This document shows, piece by piece, positions 19,120-28,311 of a stretch of 64,000 nt of DNA (positions within the stretch are counted from its first letter, which is position 1; each line of letters begins with the position of its first letter). The notes beneath the pieces were generated by a model. That model saw only the letters and a program-made list of their open reading frames with translations, made no database searches and was not told where the DNA came from. Source of the DNA: Dehalococcoidia bacterium (lineage in GTDB: Bacteria > Chloroflexota > Dehalococcoidia > Bin125); assembly GCA_963662615.2 (NCBI GenBank), contig CAXXSR010000002.1:512001-576000 (forward strand). The letters run 5' to 3'. A program made the position numbers and the translations under genes.

Positions 19120-20640
19120 TCAGCCCCTGATCACCGGCAGATCAGCCAAACGGCCCCCGATCTGCTCCACTCCCGGCAACTCCAAAACCGCACTGGCAAT
19201 GCGATCCACGAACGGGTCCGGCCACACCCCCATGGCGACGATGGGGATCACCAGGGCCATGCCGCCCGCCCACTCCCAGCGGGTGAGGTCATGCAGCCCC
19301 TCCCAGCGGGTGTTGAAGGGGCCCAGCGCCGCCCGCCCCAGCAGTCGCAGGATGTAGACCGCGGTGATCGCCGCCGAGAGCACGCCGATGGCGGCGAACA
19401 GCGGGAAGGCGTCGATCGTCCCCACGAAGACGTGGAACTCCGCCACGAAGCCGCTCAGTCCCGGCAGGCCCAGCGAGGCCAGCCCGGCCAGACCGAAGAA
19501 GATCACGAAGAACGGCATCTTGCGGATGATGCCCCCAAACTGGGTGATGTCGCGCGTGTGCGCTTGGTCGTAAAGGGCGCCCACCATGGCGAAGAAGAGG
19601 GCGGTCATGACGCCGTGGCTGAACATCTGCAGGACGGCGCCGTTCACGCCAATGGTGTTCATGGTGCCCAGGCCCATGAGCACGAATCCCATATGACTGA
19701 CAGAGGAGTAGCCGATCACGAATTTGAGGTCGGTCTGGTGCAGCGCGGAGAAGGCGCCGTAGATGGCGGCGATGGTTCCGAGGACAAGGAGGACGGGCAT
19801 CCAGAGGTCGGTGCCTTCCGGCAGCACCTCAATGCCCAGCCGGATGATCCCGAACGCGCCCAGCTTCATCAGGACCCCGGCGTGCAGCATGGAGACGGCG
19901 GTGGGCGCCGCCACGTGGCCGTCAGGCGACCAGGTGTGGAAGGGCCAGAGCCCGGCCAGCACGCCACACCCGATCATGAAGAAGGGGAAGAAGGTCTGGG
20001 CGAAGCCGGTGTCGAACTCCACGGCGCGGAGCACCGGCAGGTCGAACGTGCCTGTCCCGGACTCCACGAACACGGCGAAGATGCCCACGAAGACCAGGAC
20101 CGACGCCCCCACCAGCACCATGGTCAGCTTCATGGCGCCGTATTCCTTGTTCGTGCTGCCCCAGACCAGGATCAGGAGGTACATGGGCAGCACCGCCAGC
20201 TCGTAGAAGAAGAACCAGAAGAAGAGGTCTTGGCTGATGTAGACGCCAAAAACGCCGGTGACGAGCAGCATGAAGAGGACGAAGAAGTCCTTGTTGCGAT
20301 AGTCGATCTTCCACGAGATCAGCACCCCGGCGAAGGCGACGATCCCGTTGAGGAGTACGAGCGGGGCGGCGATGCCGTCCACACCGAGGTGCAGCGAGAT
20401 CCCGTTCTCCTTCAAGAAGCCCACGTTCTCGATCCAGACGTACTGGAGGTCGAACTGGAAGCCGCCGTCCACGTAGTCGTAGACGGCGAAGACGTAGATG
20501 GCGTTCGCCAGCATGGCCGTTCCGGCCGCCAGCGCGATCAGGCGGATCGCGGTGGGGTAGCGCTGCGGCACCAGCATGATGGCGACGGCGGCGCCAGCGG
20601 GAATCAGCAGTAGGAGCAGAAGCGCTTCGCCTGCGTCCAC
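19120..20640 (-). CDS. nuoM: NADH-quinone oxidoreductase subunit M
   Basis: LGVDGI, FFFYE, WPFHTWSPDGHVAAPT, LMKLG, YSSVSHMG. Confidence 0.95.
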   Translation of the reverse strand: MDAGEALLLLLLIPAGAAVAIMLVPQRYPTAIRLIALAAGTAMLANAIYVFAVYDYVDGGFQFDLQYVWIENVGFLKENGISLHLGVDGIAAPLVLLNGIVAFAGVLISWKIDYRNKDFFVLFMLLVTGVFGVYISQDLFFWFFFYELAVLPMYLLILVWGSTNKEYGAMKLTMVLVGASVLVFVGIFAVFVESGTGTFDLPVLRAVEFDTGFAQTFFPFFMIGCGVLAGLWPFHTWSPDGHVAAPTAVSMLHAGVLMKLGAFGIIRLGIEVLPEGTDLWMPVLLVLGTIAAIYGAFSALHQTDLKFVIGYSSVSHMGFVLMGLGTMNTIGVNGAVLQMFSHGVMTALFFAMVGALYDQAHTRDITQFGGIIRKMPFFVIFFGLAGLASLGLPGLSGFVAEFHVFVGTIDAFPLFAAIGVLSAAITAVYILRLLGRAALGPFNTRWEGLHDLTRWEWAGGMALVIPIVAMGVWPDPFVDRIASAVLELPGVEQIGGRLADLPVIRG

Positions 20641-20689
20641 CTCTGTCCGTCCTCCTCAGCCGGCGTCTTGGCGGCGCCGGCGCTTCCCC

Positions 20690-22627
20690 CTACCCCACGC
20701 GGAGCAGGAACCCCAGGGCGCCGGCGGCGGCGATCCCGACGATCATCAGCAGGGCGTAATCCGGCAGCCGTCCCGTGACGTGATAACGCAGCCAAAAGGC
20801 CGAGTACCGCGTCGCGTCGGCCGGGCCGTTGACGCCGGTGTCGTTGACGATCATGCGGTCGAACCAGGCGATCAGCGCGCCGAAGGGCAGAATCGCCTTG
20901 TCAATGGTCCACTGATAGGCCTCGTCGAAGTAGAACTTGTTCTCCAGCACCGCCGCCATGGCCGGTTGCAGCCGGCGCAGGGCCACGGCCCGGCGGGCGT
21001 TGCGGCCCCAGAAGAGCCAGTAGGCCGCGAAGATTCCCAGCAGCGAGACCAGGCCGGTGGCGGCGGCGACGGTCGCGCTAAAGGCGAAGTCTTCCGGCTC
21101 TGGGAAGTACACGAAGTTGTTGATGCCGCCGGGGAAGCCGAAAGCGTCGCCCACTTGGTCCAGCGCGAAAAAGCCGAGGAACAGCGTGAAGAGCGTGAGG
21201 ATGATGACGGGAACGAGCATCGTTGCGGGAGCCTCGCGGGCTCGGCGGATCACGGCCAGATCCTTGGGCGCGCCGAAGAAGGTGATGATCACCAGGCGCG
21301 CCATGTACATCGCCGAGAGGAAGGCGGCGACCCCCAGCAGAATGAGAACGACGTCGCTCTCCGACCGCGCCACGGCGGCGAAGATCTCGTCCTTCGAGAA
21401 GAAGCCCGAGAGCGGCGCGATGCCCGCGAGCGCCAGCGAGGAGATGATGAAGGTGGTTGCCGTCACGGGCATGCGCCACCACAGACCCCCCAGCCGCTGA
21501 GCGTCTTGCTCCTCCGTCATATGGATCACGGAGCCCGATCCCAGGAAGAGAGTGGCCTTGAACGCGGCGTGGGTGAGCAGGTGGAACATCGCCACGCCCA
21601 CGGCGCCTGCGCCCAGCGCGACGAACATGAAGCCCAACTGGCTGATGGTGGAGTAGGCCAGCACTCGTTTGATGTCGGTCTGCGTCAGGGCGATCACCCC
21701 GGCCAGCAGCGCCGTAATCAGCCCCACCGCCAGCACCACGTCCAGCGCGCCCGGGGCCACGGCGAACAGCGGCAGCAGGCGTGCGACAAGGTAGACGCCG
21801 GCCACCACCATGGTGGCCGCGTGGATCAGCGCGCTCACCGGCGTGGGGCCCTCCATGGCGTCCGGCAACCAGACGTGGAAGGGCACCTGGGCGCTCTTTC
21901 CCATGGCGCCCAGGAAGATCAGGAGCGTGGCCATGGTCAGATAGCCGTCGCCGATGATCTGGGCTTGATCATTGAGGCGGCCGGCCTGGGCGGCCTCAAT
22001 GATCTCGCTAATCTGGAACGTCCCGGTGGCGCGCCAGAAGAGGATGATGCCAATCAGCAGTCCCACGTCGCCCAGGCGCGTGGTCACGAACGCCTTCTTG
22101 GCCGCCTCCACCGCCGACGGTCGCTCGTAGTAGAAGCCAATGAGCAGGAAGGAGCAGATCCCCACTCCCTCCCAGGCCATGTAGAGGAAGAGCAGATTGT
22201 CGGCCAGAACCAGCGCCAGCATGGCGGCGGCGAAGAGGGAAAGCACGCCGAAGTACCACCAGTAGCGTGGCTCCGGCTTGCCGTGGTGGCGCAGGTACTG
22301 CGTGGAGTAGACGTTCACCATCAGCGACACCAAGGTCACGACGCCCAGCATCACGATGGCGAGAGAGTCCACTGTGAAGCCAATGCGCAGGGTGAAGTCG
22401 CCAACGGTGAGCCAGTCGAAGCCCGTGGTGGCGATCCCGCCCAGGCCGGCATTGATGGAGTCCAGGTGCGACTCCAGCACGAAGAAGAAGAGGACGAAGG
22501 CGGAGCCGATGGCGAGGATGGAGAGCCAGTCCCCTTGGCGCGGCAGGAAGCGGCCGCTCAACGCCAGCAGGCCGAAGGCGCAGGCCGGAATGGCCGGCAG
22601 GATCCAGGCGTGGTCAATCCAGAACAT
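20690..22627 (-). CDS. nuoL: NADH-quinone oxidoreductase subunit L
   Basis: WEGVGICSFLLIGF, GKSAQVPFHVWLPDAMEGPTPVSALIHAATMV. Confidence 0.96.
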   Translation of the reverse strand: MFWIDHAWILPAIPACAFGLLALSGRFLPRQGDWLSILAIGSAFVLFFFVLESHLDSINAGLGGIATTGFDWLTVGDFTLRIGFTVDSLAIVMLGVVTLVSLMVNVYSTQYLRHHGKPEPRYWWYFGVLSLFAAAMLALVLADNLLFLYMAWEGVGICSFLLIGFYYERPSAVEAAKKAFVTTRLGDVGLLIGIILFWRATGTFQISEIIEAAQAGRLNDQAQIIGDGYLTMATLLIFLGAMGKSAQVPFHVWLPDAMEGPTPVSALIHAATMVVAGVYLVARLLPLFAVAPGALDVVLAVGLITALLAGVIALTQTDIKRVLAYSTISQLGFMFVALGAGAVGVAMFHLLTHAAFKATLFLGSGSVIHMTEEQDAQRLGGLWWRMPVTATTFIISSLALAGIAPLSGFFSKDEIFAAVARSESDVVLILLGVAAFLSAMYMARLVIITFFGAPKDLAVIRRAREAPATMLVPVIILTLFTLFLGFFALDQVGDAFGFPGGINNFVYFPEPEDFAFSATVAAATGLVSLLGIFAAYWLFWGRNARRAVALRRLQPAMAAVLENKFYFDEAYQWTIDKAILPFGALIAWFDRMIVNDTGVNGPADATRYSAFWLRYHVTGRLPDYALLMIVGIAAAGALGFLLRVG

Positions 22628-22662
22628 CTAGCCGTACATCCCCGGCTCCTCCCGGCGCTGCG

Positions 22663-22977
22663 CTACCACTTGAGGAGGTTGACCTCGTCGACGTTCGCCG
22701 TGGCGCGGGTGCGGAACGTCCGCACCACGATGCCCAGCGCCAGCGCGACCTCGGCGGCCGCAATCACGATGATGAAGAGCGCGAAGACGATCCCGGTGAA
22801 GTTGCCGAACTCGACCCGGCCGTAGACCGCGAAGGCGACCATGTTGAGGCTGACCGCGTTCAGCATCAGCTCCACCGACATGAGAATGAGCACGGCGTTG
22901 CGGCGCGTGAGCACGCCCATCACGCCAATGGCGAAGAGGATGGCGTTGAAGACCAACACGTGCTCAAGCGGCGGCAC
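22663..22977 (-). CDS. nuoK: NADH-quinone oxidoreductase subunit K
   Basis: RRNAVLILMSVELMLNA, AAAEVALAL. Confidence 0.95.
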   Translation of the reverse strand: MPPLEHVLVFNAILFAIGVMGVLTRRNAVLILMSVELMLNAVSLNMVAFAVYGRVEFGNFTGIVFALFIIVIAAAEVALALGIVVRTFRTRATANVDEVNLLKW

Positions 22978-23480
22978 TACTCCTCCTCCTCCGGCGTCGC
23001 GAGCATGATGGCCCCGTCCAGGGCGACCGAGAGGATGATGCCGATGATGATGAAGGGGACGATCCAGACCGTGAAGATGGCGTCGCCGATTCCGGAGAAC
23101 GGAACGGGCTCAATATCGTCGCGGGGAATCTGCTCCACCCAGTCGGTGCTGACCACGGCGCCGATCAGGGCGGCCAAGAGACCGGCCGCGGCGATGGTGC
23201 CCAAGGAGCGGGTGCGGCCGAAGAGGGCCTGGGGCCGTTCCCGCGCCCGCGTCAGCATGAGCGCGAAGAGGATCAGGATCACGACGGCGCCGGCGTAGAT
23301 GAGCAGCTGCACCAGGGCCAGGAACTCCACCGTCAGGATCAGGTAGATGGCGGCGACCGCACTCAAGGCCAGCGCGAAGGCGATGGCCGCATAAACAATG
23401 TTGCCCACGAGCACGGTCCCGAGCGCGCTCAGGATCATGAAGGTGGCAATGATGTAGAAGACGACCTCGGTCGCGCTCAC
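22977..23480 (-). CDS. nuoJ: NADH-quinone oxidoreductase subunit J
   Basis: EFLALVQLLIYAGAVVILILFALML. Confidence 0.93.
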   Translation of the reverse strand: MSATEVVFYIIATFMILSALGTVLVGNIVYAAIAFALALSAVAAIYLILTVEFLALVQLLIYAGAVVILILFALMLTRARERPQALFGRTRSLGTIAAAGLLAALIGAVVSTDWVEQIPRDDIEPVPFSGIGDAIFTVWIVPFIIIGIILSVALDGAIMLATPEEEE

Positions 23481-23599
23481 CCGTCACCTTGCGGCCGTTG
23501 CAGCCTCACTTGCCGGGCCGTCCCCCGCCCGCTGCGGCATACGTACGCGCATCCGGCGGCGCAGCTGAGGCGCCGCGCCCACGGGTTCTCCGCGCCCTC

Positions 23600-24814
23600 T
23601 TACTTGCCGCCGCTGGCTGTGCCTCCGGCTACTTCGGTTGCCGTGATCATCCGCGGGCGGGCGGCCCGGCGGCGGATCGTGCGAGTCCCAGCGCCAGCCT
23701 TCAGCCGCATCTGACCGTAAACCAGGCCCATCAGTAGAGCAAGCATGGCCATGGAGACCAGCCCCACGATCCAATCGGCGCCGCCGTAGGTCAGAATGAT
23801 GGCGTTGGCGAGCACCTGGGCCAGGGCGAAGGGGAGCAGGACCTTCCAGGAGAACGCCATGAGCTGGTCAATGCGCAGGCGCGGCACGATGGCCCGCATC
23901 CAAAAGAGCACGAAGATCAGCGCACTGGCCTTGAAGAACGTCAAGACGAGCTGCCAGCCCAGCCCCAGGTCCGCGCCAAAGGGGAAGCTCCAGCCCCCCA
24001 GGAAGACCGTGGAGGCGACCATCACAATCAGAAACAGGGCGGTGTACTCCGCCAGGAAGAACATGCCCCAGCGCATCCCGCTGTATTCCACGAAGTAGCC
24101 GCCCACCACCTCCGACTCCGCCACCGGCATGTCGAACGGTGGCCGGTGCAGCTCCGCCAGCGCCCCGATCATGAAGATGACGAAGCCCAGCGGCTGCAGG
24201 ATCAGGTAGGGCGTGGTGCGCTGGTCGCCCGCGATGAAGTTCAGGTTCAGCGCCCCGGGTTCACCCGCCGGCAGATGGCTGGCGGCGATGATGACCACGC
24301 CGGCCGCGGCCAGCAGCATGGGCAGCTCGTAGGAGATCGCCTGGGCGGCGGCGCGGATCCCGCCCAGCAGGGCGTACTTGTTGTCCGAGCCCCACCCGGC
24401 CATCACCACGCCCACGATGTTCAGGCCCAGCACCGCGAAGATGTAGAGAAAGCCCAGCTCCAGGTCGCGGATGAACCAGGTTTCGGTGAAGGGGATGGGC
24501 ACGAACATCAGGAAGACGGGGACGAAGACGAAGAAGGGCGCCAGCTGGAAGACCCAGCGGTCGGCGGTGGTCGGTCGCACATCTTCCTTGGCCACGAGCT
24601 TCACCGCGTCGGCAATGGCCTGCAGCATGCCAATGGGGCCCGTGCGTGTGGGCCCCACGCGCGCCTGGAAGCGCGCCAGTACCTTGCGCTCCAAGTAGAT
24701 CAACGCGAACGCGTTGATCGTCATCAGCGCTACCACGAAGACGATGCGGATGAGGGCGTCGATCCAGTCCGGCAGGCCGATCCCAGCGAACTCGCTCAGG
24801 ACCACGGGCGGCAT
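23600..24814 (-). CDS. nuoH: NADH-quinone oxidoreductase subunit H
   Basis: ERKVLARFQARVGP, Q.IADAVKL..KED, PFDMPVAESE. Confidence 0.96.
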   Translation of the reverse strand: MPPVVLSEFAGIGLPDWIDALIRIVFVVALMTINAFALIYLERKVLARFQARVGPTRTGPIGMLQAIADAVKLVAKEDVRPTTADRWVFQLAPFFVFVPVFLMFVPIPFTETWFIRDLELGFLYIFAVLGLNIVGVVMAGWGSDNKYALLGGIRAAAQAISYELPMLLAAAGVVIIAASHLPAGEPGALNLNFIAGDQRTTPYLILQPLGFVIFMIGALAELHRPPFDMPVAESEVVGGYFVEYSGMRWGMFFLAEYTALFLIVMVASTVFLGGWSFPFGADLGLGWQLVLTFFKASALIFVLFWMRAIVPRLRIDQLMAFSWKVLLPFALAQVLANAIILTYGGADWIVGLVSMAMLALLMGLVYGQMRLKAGAGTRTIRRRAARPRMITATEVAGGTASGGK

Positions 24815-25957
24815 CTAGCGGTCCACCTCGCACAGCACGATATCGATCGACCCCAAGATGATCACGGCGTCGGCGATGTAGGAGCCGACGGTCTGGTGCT
24901 TGAGCGAGCCGAGGTTGTGGAAACAAGGGGAACGCACCTTCATGCGCCAGGGTTTGTCCGTGCCGTCAGAAACCATGTAGATCCCGTATTCGCCCCGCGG
25001 CCCCTCTTGCCGCTGATAGATCTCGCCTGGCTCCGGCCGCAGCACGCGCGGGAGCGTCGCCCGCACGGACCCGCTGGTCGGCATCTGGTCCAAGGCTTGG
25101 CGGATGATGTTGACGGACTGCCGCATCTCTTCCAGGCGAACCAGGTAGCGGTCATAGACGTCCCCGTGGTCGCCCAAGGGGATCTCCCAGTCGAAGCGGT
25201 CGTAAATCGAGTACGGCTCGTCGGCACGGAGGTCCAGCGGCACACCGCTGGCCCGCAGCATGGGCCCCGTCACCCCGAAATCAAGCGCTTCCTCCGCCGA
25301 CAGGTTGCCCACGTCGCGGCAGCGCAGGATCATTATTTCGTTCTCGGTCATCAGCGAATCGATGTCTTGGATGCCGTTCGTCGTGACGTCGAGCAGCCAG
25401 CGCGCGTCCTCCATGAACGTCTCGTGCGGCTGCCAGCCCAGCCCGCCCACGTGGAAGTAGTTGTACATCATGCGGTCGCCGCAGATGGCCTCGAAGAAGT
25501 CCTGGATCCGCTCGCGCTCCTTGAACGACCAGCAAAACGCCGTGCCGAAGATGCCCACGTCCGTGCCGAAGGCGCCCATGAACATGTAATGCGACAGGAT
25601 CCGGTTGAACTCCGCCAGAATCAGCCGGATGTACTCGGCCCGCTCCGGGATCTCGATTCCCGCCAAGCGCTCCACGGCGTTGGCGTACACCCACTCGGTG
25701 TTGAACGCGGCCAGGTAATCGGTCCGGTCCTGGTAGCCCAGCCCGCCCCGATAGTCCACGTTCTCGGACAGTTTCTCCCCGCCGCGGTGCATGTAGCCGA
25801 TGTACGCCGTAACGTCCTTGATCTGCTCGCCGTCCACCGTCAGGACCATGCGAAAGACGCCGTGGGTAGAGGGGTGCTGGGGCCCCATGTTGATGTTCAT
25901 ATCGACCGTCTCGAAGTCCTCTTCGACCACGATCGGCTGGCTCACCAGTTCACGCAT
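24815..25957 (-). CDS. nuoD: NADH-quinone oxidoreductase subunit D
   Basis: NMGPQHPSTHGVFR, GYMHRGGEK, DRTDY, C-terminal EVDR. Confidence 0.96.
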   Translation of the reverse strand: MRELVSQPIVVEEDFETVDMNINMGPQHPSTHGVFRMVLTVDGEQIKDVTAYIGYMHRGGEKLSENVDYRGGLGYQDRTDYLAAFNTEWVYANAVERLAGIEIPERAEYIRLILAEFNRILSHYMFMGAFGTDVGIFGTAFCWSFKERERIQDFFEAICGDRMMYNYFHVGGLGWQPHETFMEDARWLLDVTTNGIQDIDSLMTENEIMILRCRDVGNLSAEEALDFGVTGPMLRASGVPLDLRADEPYSIYDRFDWEIPLGDHGDVYDRYLVRLEEMRQSVNIIRQALDQMPTSGSVRATLPRVLRPEPGEIYQRQEGPRGEYGIYMVSDGTDKPWRMKVRSPCFHNLGSLKHQTVGSYIADAVIILGSIDIVLCEVDR

Positions 25958-25966
25958 GGAGTGTCC

Positions 25967-27112
25967 TTAGCCGCCTTCCCTCTTGAGCTCGGCCCGACGG
26001 GCTGCCGCCAGCTCGCGGGCGCGCCGCACGCGCTCGTCCGCGCTCGGCTTGATGGGCGCAGTCTCCAAGGGCGTAGTCTCCGAGGGAGCAGGCTCCGCGG
26101 GGGCGGCCTCGGCGGCGGGTTCCTCCTCGGTGGGGGCGGCCGCCGGCGCCTGTGGCGTCGCGGGCGCACTCGCCGTCGCGGCGGGCGCGGGGGCCTCTGC
26201 TGCGGGGGCGCCCGCTGCCGGGGCCGCTGCCGGCTCGACGCTCGGCGATGGCTGAGCGGGCTTGGCGGCAGCGGGCGGCTCTCCGCTGGCGCGCTTGGCG
26301 GCCCGGCTGGCTGCCGCCAGCTCGCGGGCCCGCTTGACACGCTCGGTCTGCGCCGCTTTCTTGGCCGCCAGCTCCTCCGGCGTCAGCTCCGTGTCCGGCT
26401 TGCGCTCCCCCGCACCGCCGGCAGCCGCGCCCGTTGCGAGCTTCTTGACGGCGGCGATGCGGCTTGCCCGTTCGTCGTCGGCCGGCGCCGCCTCCTCCGC
26501 TGGCGCCGCGGCGGCCGCTTCCTCCGCCGGGTGCTCGCGCCGGAAAAACTCCACGTCGACCCCCTGGGGGATCTCAATGGCGGCGAGCGGATGGCTCTTG
26601 CGCAGGGGGTGGATATCAATGTCTTCATCCAGGAGCAGATTGCGCGGGTCCGGATGCCCCGCGAACTCAATCCCGAACATCTCGCGCGCCTCACGCTCCG
26701 CCCATTCGGCCCCGCGCCAGATGTCCGTAACCGTGGGCAGCGAGGGGCTCTCCGACGGCACTCTGGTCTTGATGGCCACGCTGTGATGGTGACGCGTGGA
26801 GAGGAGGTGATAGACGACTTCCAGCCCCTCCTCCTCCCAATCCACCGCCGTGAGGTTGCGCAGGAGGTCCATGGCCAAGCGCTCGTCGCGCTGGCTCGTC
26901 GCCAGGACGCTATGCAGGCGTTGCGGGGCCACGGTGAGGGCCACGTCCCACTTCGTCTGCTCGGCCTCAAAGTCCAGCGCCGGCAGCACCTCGCGGTACA
27001 GGTCCGCCATGCTCCCCGGCAGTGGCGGAGTCCTCACCCGCTCCTTGGCTCCTTTGCCGGCGGGGCGCGCCCGTGGCGCCGGCTTCGGCGTTGATTCGGC
27101 TCCCGTCGTCAT
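25967..27112 (-). CDS. nuoC: NADH-quinone oxidoreductase subunit C with long C-terminal extension
   Basis: [25 protein letters not shown]...HPLRK, then about 200 aa Ala/Pro/Glu-rich tail with repeated ERV.RARELAA helices. Confidence 0.9.
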   Translation of the reverse strand: MTTGAESTPKPAPRARPAGKGAKERVRTPPLPGSMADLYREVLPALDFEAEQTKWDVALTVAPQRLHSVLATSQRDERLAMDLLRNLTAVDWEEEGLEVVYHLLSTRHHHSVAIKTRVPSESPSLPTVTDIWRGAEWAEREAREMFGIEFAGHPDPRNLLLDEDIDIHPLRKSHPLAAIEIPQGVDVEFFRREHPAEEAAAAAPAEEAAPADDERASRIAAVKKLATGAAAGGAGERKPDTELTPEELAAKKAAQTERVKRARELAAASRAAKRASGEPPAAAKPAQPSPSVEPAAAPAAGAPAAEAPAPAATASAPATPQAPAAAPTEEEPAAEAAPAEPAPSETTPLETAPIKPSADERVRRARELAAARRAELKREGG

Positions 27113-27672
27113 GCGCCGCGCGCCCGGTCTTCCATGATCTTGTCCTGCAGGGCCAGGAATCCGTCTATCAGGGCTTCGGGGCGCGGCGGGCAGCCGGGCA
27201 CGTAGACGTCAATGGGGATGATCTTGTCGGCCCCCTGGAGCACGCGGTCGTACTGGGTGTAGGGGCCGCCGTTGGTGGCGCAGGCGCCCATGGCGATGGC
27301 CCACTTGGGGTGGGGCATCTGTTCGTACAGCAGCTTCACCGCCGGCGCCATCTTCTTGGTCACCGTCCCGGCGACGATCATGACGTCGCTCTGCCGGGGC
27401 GACGCCCAGGGCACGATCCCGAAGCGGTCGAAGTCGTGGTTGGGCATATAGGTGGCGATCATCTCAATGGCGCAGCAAGCCAGCCCAAAGGTCATGGGCC
27501 ACAAGGACGACTTGCGCGCCGCGGCGATGATGGCGTCAGCGGGCACCTGCAGCACGCCCGGCAGCACCGCCTTGTAGGGGACGGTGGGCGGACCGGTGTC
27601 ATACGGGCGCAGGCGCAACTCTTCCGGCGAGATGATCGCCGGCGCTACCTGGTCACCTTGTCGCTCCGCCAT
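27109..27672 (-). CDS. nuoB: NADH-quinone oxidoreductase subunit B
   Basis: [28 protein letters not shown] (N2 cluster ligands). Confidence 0.96.
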   Translation of the reverse strand: MAERQGDQVAPAIISPEELRLRPYDTGPPTVPYKAVLPGVLQVPADAIIAAARKSSLWPMTFGLACCAIEMIATYMPNHDFDRFGIVPWASPRQSDVMIVAGTVTKKMAPAVKLLYEQMPHPKWAIAMGACATNGGPYTQYDRVLQGADKIIPIDVYVPGCPPRPEALIDGFLALQDKIMEDRARGA

Positions 27673-28046
27673 TCCAGCACGCCTTTCCGCCAGGCATAAG
27701 CGAGTCCGAAGAGCAGGGTGAAGATGAACAGCACCATCTGCCAGAGGATGACCTTGTCGAACCCGCCGCCGTCCTGCAAGCCCAAGAGGGAGACCCCCCA
27801 AGGGAAGAGAAACACGATCTCTACATCAAAAACCAAAAAGAGGATCGCGAAGATGTAGTAGCGCACGTGGACCTGCGCCCAGTTGCGCCCAATGGGCAGC
27901 ATCCCGCACTCGTAGACCTGCCCCTTGAGCAGACTCTTGCGACGCGGGGCGAGGAGCTGTGTGGCCATGAGTGCCGACAGGACCAGGAAGGCGCCCACGG
28001 GCAGCGCCAGCAGGACGGCACCATAGTTCTCAAGGAGCTGGGACAC
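27645..28046 (-). CDS. nuoA: NADH-quinone oxidoreductase subunit A
   Basis: [28 protein letters not shown]. Confidence 0.96.
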   Translation of the reverse strand: MSQLLENYGAVLLALPVGAFLVLSALMATQLLAPRRKSLLKGQVYECGMLPIGRNWAQVHVRYYIFAILFLVFDVEIVFLFPWGVSLLGLQDGGGFDKVILWQMVLFIFTLLFGLAYAWRKGVLEWRSDKVTR

Positions 28047-28180
28047 GCACGTTCCCTTCGTGACCGCTGTGACTCCGTGAGGGTGGGGGCCATCCCGGTC
28101 GGAGCTGCCGCGACCCTCTGCCGACCAGCTCCGGGCGCCCTCGGGACGGGCACACCGATTGTGCGCTCGTGCGCAGGTCG

Positions 28181-28209
28181 ATCGTATGGCCGGCGAAAAT
28201 GAGTGTCAA
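28181..28209 (-). promoter_or_regulatory. sigma70-type promoter of the nuo operon
   Basis: Minus strand TTGACA-17 nt-TACGAT. Confidence 0.75.
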
Positions 28210-28311
28210 CGAAGAGGGTCAGCGGCCGCTTCCCGGTCGCAAAGCGCCGCGGCGGCCGCGGATGCTGCCGGGGCACGATCGCGGCAAATCGCGGCCTTGC
28301 GGGTGAGCCCC

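Noticed and set aside
23484-23600. Remnant or miniature nuoI between nuoH and nuoJ
   Set aside because: The possible short peptide has no cysteines and no resemblance to NuoI.
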